Assembly: GCA_026195275.1 (NCBI GenBank)
Contig: JAPHQU010000003.1
Span: forward strand, 71,852-135,851
Length of the DNA: 64,000 nt
Direction: 5' to 3'
DNA from: Minisyncoccota bacterium
GTDB taxonomy: Bacteria; Patescibacteriota; Minisyncoccia; Phycocordibacterales; JABMNX01
Positions 9,586 through 18,626 of the stretch are shown here, piece after piece. Every line of letters begins with the position of its first letter. Position 1 is the first letter of the stretch. Both the position numbers and the translations under genes were made by a program. The notes beneath the pieces were generated by a model, which did not search any database, had not been told where the DNA came from, and worked only from the letters and a program-made list of their open reading frames with translations.

Positions 9586-10437
9586 ATGGAGAAAGAAGTA
9601 CTCATCAAGAAGACTGACGGGAGCATGGAGCCGTTTCAGAGCGGCAAGCTTCGGCGCTCGCTTCGGCGCGCCGGCGCGAGTGACGAGCATGTTGAGGAGA
9701 TCGTCGCTGAGGTGCTCGGTATGCTTGAGTCGAGGATGAGCACGACACAGATTTACAAGAAAGCTCATTCTTTGCTCCGTAAAAAAGAGGCGTGCACAGT
9801 AACGGCGAGGTATTCGTTGAAAAGAGCAGTCTTCGCACTCGGGCCAAGTGGTTTCCCATTTGAGGCATTCATCGGTGAGTTGTATCAAGCAGAAGGATAT
9901 CGTGTGAGTAACAACGATATTCTTGAAGGTCGCTGTGTATCACACGAGACTGATATGCTTGCCACTTCAGACAACAAGACCATTGCCGCGGAAATAAAAT
10001 TTCACAATCGCCTGGGGATTAAGACCGACCTTAAAGCTGCTCTTTACGTAAAAGCGCGATTCGATGACCTTGTTGGTGTCTACGATAAGAAGCTGGATGT
10101 GACGATTAGTGAAGGGGTGCTTATCACCAATACGAAGTTTACAAGTAACGCCGAGCGTTACGGAACATGTGCCGGACTCTCGATGATATCATGGAGTTAT
10201 CCGCATAAAGATGGCAATCTGCACGCGAGGATCATTGGTGCCGGTCTCCATCCGGTAACTTGCCTCCCGTCTATCTCAAGCAGGGAGAAGCGAATCTTGC
10301 TTGAGCACAACCTTGTCTTGTGTCGTGACATAAAAGAACACTCGGGCGAGTTGGTCAGATACGGTATCTCAGAGAAAAAAATACCCGTACTCCTTGAGGA
10401 GGCGTCAACCTTGTGTCAGTCCTGCGAGAAAGTGTAG
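9586..10437 (+). CDS. ATP-cone domain fused to a PD-(D/E)xK (Mrr-type restriction-endonuclease-like) domain
   Basis: The N-terminal LIKKTDGSMEPFQSGKLRRSL is ATP-cone-like, as in NrdR. The downstream FEAFIGELYQAEGYRV...HETDML...AAEIKFH fits a D-x(n)-E-x-K nuclease core. Confidence 0.6.
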   Translation: MEKEVLIKKTDGSMEPFQSGKLRRSLRRAGASDEHVEEIVAEVLGMLESRMSTTQIYKKAHSLLRKKEACTVTARYSLKRAVFALGPSGFPFEAFIGELYQAEGYRVSNNDILEGRCVSHETDMLATSDNKTIAAEIKFHNRLGIKTDLKAALYVKARFDDLVGVYDKKLDVTISEGVLITNTKFTSNAERYGTCAGLSMISWSYPHKDGNLHARIIGAGLHPVTCLPSISSREKRILLEHNLVLCRDIKEHSGELVRYGISEKKIPVLLEEASTLCQSCEKV

Positions 10438-10438
10438 A

Positions 10439-10987
10439 ATGGAACATATAAGTAGATATCTGCGTATGCAATTCTTACCATCAAAAGAGAACCAGAAGCT
10501 CGTCTTTACATTCATTGCAGGGGCGTTTGTCGGTGTCTTTGTGTCATGGATGTGGGTGGCGACTCAAGAGGCTCTTGCTCCAACTACATCAATGGTTGAC
10601 GTTGAGGGAGAACAAGCTCTCGATGATCTAGACACACCTCCAGAGAACATCTTCTCTGGCGCGAATATTGATAATAAAGCGATAGTGGTTCCAGACCAAC
10701 GCCCCGGCACACAGGTGTTCATTGATACAGCGATACTTTCGGAAGATGGGTGGGTGGTGATTCATGAAGGAACCGCGAGCGAGATCGGTAATGCGCTTGG
10801 TGCTGCCCGGTTTGATGCTGGTGAACACAGTGGAGTTGTTGATCTTTTGCGTGCGACAGAGCCGGGGACTCTGTATCGTGCAGTACTCTATCGAGACAAC
10901 GGCGACCGCGAGTTTAACCTTGATGAGGATTTTCCATTCCTTCAGGACGGGAACCAACCAGTTCTCAGTACTTTTATTGTTCAGTAA
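10439..10987 (+). CDS. Hypothetical membrane-anchored or secreted protein
   Basis: The ATG at 10439 lies directly after the upstream stop, and the longer ORF from 10394 overlaps the previous gene. One TM/signal-anchor helix is present. Confidence 0.5.
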   Translation: MEHISRYLRMQFLPSKENQKLVFTFIAGAFVGVFVSWMWVATQEALAPTTSMVDVEGEQALDDLDTPPENIFSGANIDNKAIVVPDQRPGTQVFIDTAILSEDGWVVIHEGTASEIGNALGAARFDAGEHSGVVDLLRATEPGTLYRAVLYRDNGDREFNLDEDFPFLQDGNQPVLSTFIVQ

Positions 10988-10997
10988 TATCTGACAC

Positions 10998-11507
10998 ATG
11001 GAGCCGATATTCTTTAGCTCAACCTTTATCATCTTCGGGAAGATCCTTCTTGCGGTCGTTCTTGGTGTGCTTTTAGGGACTGAGCGCTCAGTCTTTGCGA
11101 ACAAACGTGCAGGTATGCGCACGTACGCGCTTGTTTCGCTCGCAGCATGTCTCTTTGCAGTTATCTCAGTCCAGGTAACTTCGCAGTATCTTGGGCTCGT
11201 TACTTTCGACCCAATGCGTGTTGCTGCGGGGATCATCACTGGTATCGGTTTCCTTGGCACCGGACTTATCATTTTCCATGACAACAAGCTCCAAGGGCTT
11301 ACCACGGCCGCCGGGCTCTGGGTCGCGGCGGGTATCGGTCTTGCGGTCGCCTATGAGCTCTATGCGGTTGCGATCTTCACGACAATCATCACTGTTCTCA
11401 TCTTCTCGCTCCTCTGGAATCTTGAGGAGTGGTTTGGTCGTATCGCTGATACGCACCGACGTGTACGCCTTGAGCGCGAGCAACAAAAAGGAGAACCACG
11501 AGTTTAG
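10998..11507 (+). CDS. MgtC/SapB family membrane protein
   Basis: LGTERSVFANKRAGMRTYALVSL...DPMRVAAGIITGIGFLGTGLI...GLTTAAGLWVAAGIGLAVA is typical of the MgtC family. Confidence 0.85.
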   Translation: MEPIFFSSTFIIFGKILLAVVLGVLLGTERSVFANKRAGMRTYALVSLAACLFAVISVQVTSQYLGLVTFDPMRVAAGIITGIGFLGTGLIIFHDNKLQGLTTAAGLWVAAGIGLAVAYELYAVAIFTTIITVLIFSLLWNLEEWFGRIADTHRRVRLEREQQKGEPRV

Positions 11508-11516
11508 ACACCAAAA

Positions 11517-11550
11517 GGGCTCGTCAATTCTGACGAGCCCTTTTTTCTTT
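11517..11550 (+). terminator. Rho-independent terminator
   Basis: Stem gggctcgtca/tgacgagccc with loop attc, followed by ttttttcttt. Confidence 0.8.
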
Positions 11551-11570
11551 GTGCTATACTAAGAGCAACT

Positions 11571-12431
11571 ATGGGAGCATTTTATAATCCGGACCGAGGA
11601 GCTGACTGGAATTACGGCGGTAGGAAGTGGCGTCTTTCTCGCTCGAAGATAGACCTCTTTATGGAGTGTCCTCGCTGCTTTTGGCTTGATAACAAGCTTG
11701 GTACGAAGCGTCCACCCGGATACCCACTCAACCTCAACATCGCAGTCGACACACTCTTAAAGAAAGAGTTTGATATTCACCGCAAGAACAAGACCCCACA
11801 CCCATTCATGGAAGAGTACGGGATTGACGCAGTGCCATTCCAGCACAAAGACATCGATCTTTGGCGCGACAACTTCAAAGGCGCTGAGTTTCTCCACGAG
11901 CCAACCGGACTTACAGTTTCTGGAGCAATTGATGACGTGTGGGTCTCGCCAGACGGAGAACTTATCATTGTCGACTACAAAGCAACGAGCAAGAATGGTG
12001 ACGTGAATCTCGATGCAGAATGGCAGGATGGTTACAAACGGCAGATGGAAGTGTATCAGTGGCTTTTCAGGCAAAATGGTTTCAAAGTCTCCGACACCGG
12101 CTATTTTGTCTACGTGAACGGACGCACCGACGTCGATCAATTTGACGGGAAGCTCGAGTTTGAGATCAAGCTCCTTCCATACACCGGCAAGGACACGTGG
12201 ATTGAGCCGGTACTCCGCGAGATTAAGGCGTGTCTTGAGAGCAATACAATTCCCGCAATCGGAAAAGAATGTGATTACTGCCCATACCGCGAAGTTGCCG
12301 GTAAAAAGCTCTTGAAAGTGCACACGGGGCAGGTTGGCGCAAAGAAGACTGAAGAAAAGCCTATTACAGTAAGAAAGGCAAAGGAGCCCAATGACACGAG
12401 CGAAGACGTCAAAACCGATTCACTGTTTTAG
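11571..12431 (+). CDS. PD-(D/E)xK nuclease superfamily protein, Cas4/RecB-like with 4-Cys cluster
   Basis: IIVDYKATSK (D..K) core with QxxxY. Cysteines sit in an N-terminal CPRC pair and a C-terminal CDYC pair, as in Cas4-type Fe-S nucleases. No CRISPR array or cas genes are nearby. Confidence 0.6.
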   Translation: MGAFYNPDRGADWNYGGRKWRLSRSKIDLFMECPRCFWLDNKLGTKRPPGYPLNLNIAVDTLLKKEFDIHRKNKTPHPFMEEYGIDAVPFQHKDIDLWRDNFKGAEFLHEPTGLTVSGAIDDVWVSPDGELIIVDYKATSKNGDVNLDAEWQDGYKRQMEVYQWLFRQNGFKVSDTGYFVYVNGRTDVDQFDGKLEFEIKLLPYTGKDTWIEPVLREIKACLESNTIPAIGKECDYCPYREVAGKKLLKVHTGQVGAKKTEEKPITVRKAKEPNDTSEDVKTDSLF

Positions 12432-12437
12432 AAAGTT

Positions 12438-12683
12438 ATGTTTACAAAGAGAGTACTAGACATCGTTCGAAATATTCCAAAAGGGGAGACGCTCTCGTAC
12501 AAAGAAGTCGCTTTCCGTGCCGGCTCACCCCGCGCGTATCGCAAGGTGGGGAGTATTATGAAGGCAAACTATGACCCTAACATTCCCTGTCATCGTGTTA
12601 TCAAGTCAGATGGCTCAGTGGGCGAATACAACCGCGGCAAGGAACAGAAATATGAAAAACTGAAAGCAGAAAAAGCCATTTAA
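12438..12683 (+). CDS. MGMT-family (methylated-DNA-protein-cysteine methyltransferase DNA-binding domain) protein
   Basis: 81 aa with an IPCHRV active-site-like motif. It is a stand-alone Ogt C-terminal-like domain. Confidence 0.7.
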   Translation: MFTKRVLDIVRNIPKGETLSYKEVAFRAGSPRAYRKVGSIMKANYDPNIPCHRVIKSDGSVGEYNRGKEQKYEKLKAEKAI

Positions 12684-12686
12684 GAG

Positions 12687-13367
12687 TTACGAGCACCAGT
12701 CGATTTTGCCGCGGCCGTACTTCTTTAAGTATTCGTTGGAGAGGGTAAAGTGGTTGTTGCCAAAGAATCCACGGTGTGCGGAGAGGGGGGAGGGGTGTGG
12801 CGAGGTGAGGACGAGATGCTTCGTGCCATCGATAAGCCACTGCTTTTGCCCGGCAAATGCACCCCAGAGCAAGAAGACAATGTGCTCGTAGTTCTCAGAG
12901 AGTGCCGAGATAACCGCGTCGGTAAATGTATGCCAGCCGTACTCTGCGTGTGAGTTTGCCTCGCCACTGCGTACAGAGAGCGACGCATTGAGGAGTAGTA
13001 CTCCTTGTTTCTCCCAGCGGGTGAGATTCGGGTCTTTGTTGCAGTCTTTGTGGTATTCAGACTCGATTTCTTTAAATATATTTTGAAGCGAGGGTGGCAC
13101 TCGGTTCTCAGAGTGAGTCGAGAACGCGAGGCCGTCGGCAACGCCCGGTGTGTGGTATGGGTCTTGCCCGAGGATAACGACGCGGACATCTTGCGGTTCG
13201 CAGAGCTCAAACGCGCGAAAGACTTGCTGAGGAGGAGGGAAGACCGAGCGCGCAAGATACTCCTCGCGCACCTTCTCGGCAAGCTCTGTAAAATATGGCT
13301 TATCAAACTCGTGAGCAATAAGCCTTTTCCACTCGTCTGGCACATGCACGTTTTCAGACCCTGTCAT
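12687..13367 (-). CDS. ung: Uracil-DNA glycosylase (family 1)
   Basis: GQDPYH, LLLNASLSV and HPSPLSA motifs. Confidence 0.9.
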   Translation of the reverse strand: MTGSENVHVPDEWKRLIAHEFDKPYFTELAEKVREEYLARSVFPPPQQVFRAFELCEPQDVRVVILGQDPYHTPGVADGLAFSTHSENRVPPSLQNIFKEIESEYHKDCNKDPNLTRWEKQGVLLLNASLSVRSGEANSHAEYGWHTFTDAVISALSENYEHIVFLLWGAFAGQKQWLIDGTKHLVLTSPHPSPLSAHRGFFGNNHFTLSNEYLKKYGRGKIDWCS

Positions 13368-13407
13368 ATTATCTCAAGTGTAGCAGTGGTGTATAATGAA
13401 ATCTACT

Positions 13408-13830
13408 ATGTGGGCTATTTACGCATTTATCTCGGCTATTACCGCGGCACTTGTCGCAATCTTTGCAAAGATGGGGCTTAAGGACATTGATTCGACGCTC
13501 GCAACAACCGTGCGCGCGATCATCATGGCGGGGTTCCTTATCATTGTGAGTTTCTTTTTAAAAAAATTCGACGGATTCTCACTCACAAGCTTTGGTGGAA
13601 AAGAATGGCTCTTAATATTCCTCGCAGGTATTGCGGGTGCGCTTTCGTGGCTCTTTTACTTTCTCGCACTTAAGACAGGGACGGCAAGCGGCGTCGTAGC
13701 AATCGACCGTATGAGCATTGTCTTCGTGGTGATCCTTGCTGCACTTTTCCTCGGTGAAGGATTCGGCTGGAAGGCGGTCATTGGCGCACTCCTTATGACA
13801 GGTGGCGCAATATTGATAACACTCCGATAG
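13408..13830 (+). CDS. EamA-like (DMT superfamily) small membrane transporter
   Basis: 4-TM protein. An alternative start at 13396 overlaps a TATAAT box at 13392-13397, which would make the transcript nearly leaderless. Confidence 0.7.
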   Translation: MWAIYAFISAITAALVAIFAKMGLKDIDSTLATTVRAIIMAGFLIIVSFFLKKFDGFSLTSFGGKEWLLIFLAGIAGALSWLFYFLALKTGTASGVVAIDRMSIVFVVILAALFLGEGFGWKAVIGALLMTGGAILITLR

Positions 13831-13838
13831 GAGGGTGG

Positions 13839-15110
13839 TTACGAGAGTATTTCGCGGAGCTTTTCTTCGTCAATCCTTGGACCGATTCCGGCAAAGTGGT
13901 AATGCTCCGGCTTGAGGAGTTCCTTCGCAAGCATATGAACATCTTCAGTGGTAACCGCCGCCACGCTCTCTTTTAATTGCTCAAACGAACCGTCTTCTTT
14001 GTCGAGAAGTCTCTTTTGTGCAAAATGGAGCGCAACTTCCTCGGTATCTTCTGTTTTGAGGTCAAGTTTCCCGTTTATGTATGACCGGGCTTTCTTCAGC
14101 TCAGCGGTACTTATGCCGTCTTTGGCAATACGATTATACTCTTCACGAATGGCACGAGCAGCAGGAAGCACTTGGTCAAGACGCACACCGGCGCGCGTGG
14201 TAAGAAGTCCGGTGTCGGTGAACCCCTCGGCCTGGGTGTGTATTGAGTAGCAAAGACCTTTCTCTTCACGGATTGTCTGGAACATACGCGATGACATATT
14301 GCCACCAAGGATTGTGGCGAGCACCTTAAGGGTCGGGAACCGCTCATCGCCTCTGGGGACCGCACGGACGCCAAAGTTTATATGATACTGCTCGGTTTGT
14401 TTTTCTCGGATGGCGTATTTTTCTGTTGCGAGTTCATGGTCAAAAGGGGGCTCGTGTTTTGTTTGTGTTGTGTCATTGAAATGGAAATATCTCTCTAATT
14501 CGTCGAGATCTTTTTGTGTAACTGCCCCAGCGAGTGTGATTACGATATTTTCAGGGACATAGAGTCCATTACGAAATGAAAGAAAGTCCTCCCGCTTCAC
14601 TGACGTGATCACCTCCCGGGTGCCAATCTCGTCACGGCCAAGCGGCTGATCACCAAAGAGAACTCGCTCAAAGTCCCAAGCGACTTGGTAGATTGGCATA
14701 TCGAGATACATCGCCATCTCTTCAAGGATAACCCCGCGTTCTTTCTCTATTTCTTCTTCTGGAAACCGCGCATTAAGAAGCATGTCACTTAAGACTGAGA
14801 GCGCGGTTTTTTGATGCTCCTTACTCGCCTTAACATAATACCCAGCGACTTCCTTTGCGGTAAACGCGTTGAATTCGCCACCAACCTCGTCAATCGCTTC
14901 GCTCACTTCCTTTGGGGTTTTATACTTTTCACCGCCTTTGAAAAACATATGCTCAAGAAAATGAGCGATCCCGGCATTCGAGAGGTCTTCATATCGTGAT
15001 CCGGCGCCAGCGAGAATAAGAGCAGTGACGACATTTGTTCCGGGCATTTCTACCACTTGTAGCGTCAGACCGTTATCTAGTTTTCTCGTATGTAGTCTCA
15101 TAACCATCAC
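13839..15110 (-). CDS. M16 family zinc peptidase (insulinase-like)
   Basis: An inverted zinc motif HFLEH lies near the N-terminus. The protein is 423 aa long. Confidence 0.85.
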   Translation of the reverse strand: MMVMRLHTRKLDNGLTLQVVEMPGTNVVTALILAGAGSRYEDLSNAGIAHFLEHMFFKGGEKYKTPKEVSEAIDEVGGEFNAFTAKEVAGYYVKASKEHQKTALSVLSDMLLNARFPEEEIEKERGVILEEMAMYLDMPIYQVAWDFERVLFGDQPLGRDEIGTREVITSVKREDFLSFRNGLYVPENIVITLAGAVTQKDLDELERYFHFNDTTQTKHEPPFDHELATEKYAIREKQTEQYHINFGVRAVPRGDERFPTLKVLATILGGNMSSRMFQTIREEKGLCYSIHTQAEGFTDTGLLTTRAGVRLDQVLPAARAIREEYNRIAKDGISTAELKKARSYINGKLDLKTEDTEEVALHFAQKRLLDKEDGSFEQLKESVAAVTTEDVHMLAKELLKPEHYHFAGIGPRIDEEKLREILS

Positions 15111-15189
15111 ATAGTATCACACCACCATCTGCTTACACACCTCGGGTCAGTTTAACGCTGAAATGTAGTGTGATATACTCGAAAGCAAT

Positions 15190-15405
15190 ATGAATCTACT
15201 TTTTTGGGGACTCACTATAGGAATTATCGGTAAAGTCATTCTCGGTTTTACGGTTATGAGTGTGCACTGGAAGATTGTGAAAGAACACAAGATAGACAAA
15301 GCGGTACTTACCGAGATGCGGCGGGAGCGCAACCTTGCTCTTCTCGGTATTATTTTTATGCTCGTAGGATACATTTTGGAGCTGCTATTCTATGAATTCA
15401 TCTGA
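15190..15405 (+). CDS. Small hypothetical membrane protein
   Basis: 71 aa with 2 hydrophobic helices. It overlaps the alaS start by 14 nt. Confidence 0.35.
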   Translation: MNLLFWGLTIGIIGKVILGFTVMSVHWKIVKEHKIDKAVLTEMRRERNLALLGIIFMLVGYILELLFYEFI

Positions 15406-17278
15406 GATACGACAAAAATACCTAGACTTCTTTAACGAGCGCGGGCACGCGGTTATCCCGTCTTCTTCACTGCGTCCGGAGAATGACCCCACCACCCTCT
15501 TTACCGGCTCAGGGATGCAGCCCTTGTTGCCATATTTTCTCGGAGAGGAACACTCAAAGGGCACACGAGTCGTTAACTCACAGAAATGTTTTCGTGCTGA
15601 GGATATCGAGGAAGTGGGCGACAATCGCCATACCACTTTCTTTGAGATGCTCGGCAACTGGTCTTTTGGTGACTATTTCAAAAAGGAGCAACTCCCGTGG
15701 GTGTTTGGTTTTCTCACCGACGTCGTTGGGCTTAACCCACAAAAGCTCTATGTAACCGCATTCCTCGGAGATGAGGTGCTTGGTATTCCGAAGGATACTG
15801 AATCGGCAGATATCTGGAAGGAGCTCTTCAAAGGAAAGGGAATTAACGCAAGAGATGCCGAGATTGGTTCGGAAGAAGATGGTGGTAAGCGCGGCATGAA
15901 GGAAGGCGAGCGCATTTTCTACTACGATTCTTCTAAAAACTGGTGGAGTAGAGCAGGGAAGCCAGAGAATATGCCCGCGGGTGAACCGGGTGGCCCAGAC
16001 TCGGAGGTCTTTTATGAATTCACTGACATCGAGCATGACTCCAGATTTGGTGAGCACTGTCACCCGAACTGTGACTGCGGGCGCTTTATGGAGATCGGCA
16101 ACTCGGTGTTTATGGAGTACCTCAAGAAAGAAGATGGTTCATTTGAACCGCTTGCGCAGAAGAACGTCGACTTCGGTGGGGGGCTTGAGCGTATTGCCGC
16201 GGCAGCAAATGATGACGCGGATATGTTTAAAATTGATTCACTGAGAGGTATCATCTCTGAGATTGAAAAGGTTTCCGGTAAGTCATATTCAGAAGAACAA
16301 TACCGGGAAGATTTTCGGGTTATAGCAGACCATATGCGCGCCGCAGTATTTATGATTGACGACGGAGTATTCCCTTCAAACACTGAACAAGGGTACTTTG
16401 TTCGGCGGCTTATACGACGCTCGGTAATGAAGGTGCGCTCACTTAACTTAGCAGAATCCTTTCCGCTCGGAACCGTCGCTCATATTGTTGCAGAGGTGTA
16501 CAAAGATTTCTATCCGGCACTCAAAGAGAAGGCTGACATCATTGATAAGACGATAACCGAAGAAGAAACGAGGTTTAATCTCACCCTTGAAAAAGGGATG
16601 AAAGAATTTGAGAAGTTGAGCAGCAGCGACATCTCCGGACATGATGCATTTGTGCTCTTTACCACGTATGGTTTCCCGCTGGAGCTTACTGAAGAGCTTG
16701 CGGTTGAGAAGGGAATCTCGGTTGAGAAGGCAGCGTTCGATGAAGAGATGGAAAGACATCAAGAACTTTCTCGAGCCGGTTCCGAGCAGAAATTCAAAGG
16801 CGGCCTCGCTGACCAGAGCCAAAAAACGGTTGAGTACCATACCGCCACACACCTCTTGCTTGCGGGGCTCCGCAAAGAACTTGGTGATAATGTGCATCAA
16901 GCTGGCTCAAACATCACCAGTGAGCGACTGCGTTTTGACTTCACGCACCCGGAGAAAGTCGACCGAGAGACACTCGATCGCATTGAAGGGTTTGTAAACA
17001 GCGCAATCAAAGCGGGCGCACACGTTGAAACCGAGACCATGAAGAAAGAAGACGCAGAGAGTGACCCGACTGTTGAAGGGAGCTTCTGGGAGAAGTATCC
17101 GGACGAGGTAAAAGTCTACACGATTAGAGACGACAACGGCATTGTCTATTCACGCGAGCTTTGTGGTGGCCCCCATGTGGAGAATACCGCCACGATTAGA
17201 GGAGTGTTTAAGATCGTCAAAGAGAGTTCATCATCAGCTGGCGTACGACGCATCAAAGCTGTTTTGGAAGAGGATTAA
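15392..17278 (+). CDS. alaS: Alanyl-tRNA synthetase, short form lacking the C-terminal C-Ala domain
   Basis: The N-terminal catalytic core (FTGSGMQP..., FEMLGNWSFGDYFK) and the editing-domain motifs HTATHLL and CGGPHV are present. It is 628 aa long against about 870 in typical bacteria. Confidence 0.9.
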   Translation: MNSSEIRQKYLDFFNERGHAVIPSSSLRPENDPTTLFTGSGMQPLLPYFLGEEHSKGTRVVNSQKCFRAEDIEEVGDNRHTTFFEMLGNWSFGDYFKKEQLPWVFGFLTDVVGLNPQKLYVTAFLGDEVLGIPKDTESADIWKELFKGKGINARDAEIGSEEDGGKRGMKEGERIFYYDSSKNWWSRAGKPENMPAGEPGGPDSEVFYEFTDIEHDSRFGEHCHPNCDCGRFMEIGNSVFMEYLKKEDGSFEPLAQKNVDFGGGLERIAAAANDDADMFKIDSLRGIISEIEKVSGKSYSEEQYREDFRVIADHMRAAVFMIDDGVFPSNTEQGYFVRRLIRRSVMKVRSLNLAESFPLGTVAHIVAEVYKDFYPALKEKADIIDKTITEEETRFNLTLEKGMKEFEKLSSSDISGHDAFVLFTTYGFPLELTEELAVEKGISVEKAAFDEEMERHQELSRAGSEQKFKGGLADQSQKTVEYHTATHLLLAGLRKELGDNVHQAGSNITSERLRFDFTHPEKVDRETLDRIEGFVNSAIKAGAHVETETMKKEDAESDPTVEGSFWEKYPDEVKVYTIRDDNGIVYSRELCGGPHVENTATIRGVFKIVKESSSSAGVRRIKAVLEED

Positions 17279-17364
17279 TTCTGCGTACTGGAAGGTTGAA
17301 AGGGAGGTTCTATTCGGTGTTTTTTCGTTGCTCTGGCTCTCTTCGCACACTATAATAAAAGACA

Positions 17365-18570
17365 ATGAAGTCTCTCAGTACACTTGCACGTTTGTTTAGA
17401 AGAAAGGCGGGTCACCGCACGGTTGTTATATTTGATATCGGGAGTTCCAGTGTGGGTGGTGCGGTGGCACAACTATCACATAACGCACCGTGTGTAACCT
17501 ACAGTGTCCGCCGGATGATCCCCCTCAGCAGTACACTTCACAAGGAGAGTTTCCCGGGGCAGCTTGCGGACGCTCTTGTGGAGGTGGCAAAAAATATTCA
17601 AAAAAACGGGCTCGTAGAACCGGGAGGGAAGAAATATATAATTCCACGCGAGATTGTTTGTGTTCTTGGCTCACCTTGGCATCAGACCCAGACGATCACC
17701 GCATCTGTTGAGCAGAAAGAGAGCTTCTTGGTGACTGACGCGGTTATGGATAATCTGCTCGCACAAATACAGGAAAAGAAAGAGAAAGACGAAAGAGAAG
17801 GGGCGGAGGAGATGGTGACCATTGAAGAGATGATTATCGAATCGTCGCTTAACGGGTACTCAACCCAGTCACCAATCGGGAAGACCGCACGATGCATTTC
17901 GGTTGCTTTTCTTGAAAGTTCAACATTCCAGGCCACGGAGAAACTGCTTCGAAAGGCTCTCTACGAAGTGTTTAGTCCATCCATTCCGCTTGCGTTTCGC
18001 TCATTTACTCTTGCATCGTTTTCGGTTGTACGAGACATCCTAAGTCCACACAATGATTTCTTGCTTATTGATGTGACCGGAGGGACGAGCAACATCTCAG
18101 TCGTGCACAATTCGATTCTATTAGATACCGCCAACATCCCTTATGGACGGAATACGCTGATTCAGAATATTACAAAGGCGACAGGGGCGATCCCTGAAGA
18201 ATCTCTATCACGCGTTAAACTCTTTTTTGCAGGAGGAGACGACCAAGAGCTTCAAGAGTTGATTGGTGCAGAGGAGGAAAGATGGCTTAAACATATTACA
18301 GAGGCTTGTAAAAGACTCTCTTTTGAAGCGGTGCCACTTCCGTCGAAGGTCTTCGTTATCTCAGATCCGGTATTTGGGTCTTGGTTTAAGACCGTCCTCG
18401 AATCTCCAGAACTCGCTCAATTCACCGTAACAAAGAAGCACTTCGAGGCAATATTAATCTCAGAGAAATCCCTCGAAGAGAAATGTTCTTTTGAGAGAAG
18501 TGTTCAAAAAGACGTCTTCCTTATGACCGACGCGCTGTTCTACAGTAGAGAATATGGGGCGCATCAGTAG
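17365..18570 (+). CDS. Actin-like ATPase (ASKHA fold; PilM/FtsA family)
   Basis: Phosphate-1-like VVIFDIGSSSVGGAV and phosphate-2-like LLIDVTGGTSNISVV motifs are present. The DIGSSS motif is most PilM-like. Confidence 0.6.
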   Translation: MKSLSTLARLFRRKAGHRTVVIFDIGSSSVGGAVAQLSHNAPCVTYSVRRMIPLSSTLHKESFPGQLADALVEVAKNIQKNGLVEPGGKKYIIPREIVCVLGSPWHQTQTITASVEQKESFLVTDAVMDNLLAQIQEKKEKDEREGAEEMVTIEEMIIESSLNGYSTQSPIGKTARCISVAFLESSTFQATEKLLRKALYEVFSPSIPLAFRSFTLASFSVVRDILSPHNDFLLIDVTGGTSNISVVHNSILLDTANIPYGRNTLIQNITKATGAIPEESLSRVKLFFAGGDDQELQELIGAEEERWLKHITEACKRLSFEAVPLPSKVFVISDPVFGSWFKTVLESPELAQFTVTKKHFEAILISEKSLEEKCSFERSVQKDVFLMTDALFYSREYGAHQ

Positions 18571-18626
18571 TCTATGCACAAGATGTATTTGGTAATAGAG
18601 GTAAGATTAAGGTAGACTAGGAGTAT

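Noticed and set aside
11757-12323. 188-aa minus-strand ORF
   Set aside because: It is antisense to the Cas4-like nuclease gene and has no support.
12725-13345. 206-aa minus-strand ORF
   Set aside because: It is an alternate frame overlapping ung, which carries the diagnostic GQDPYH and HPSPLSA motifs.
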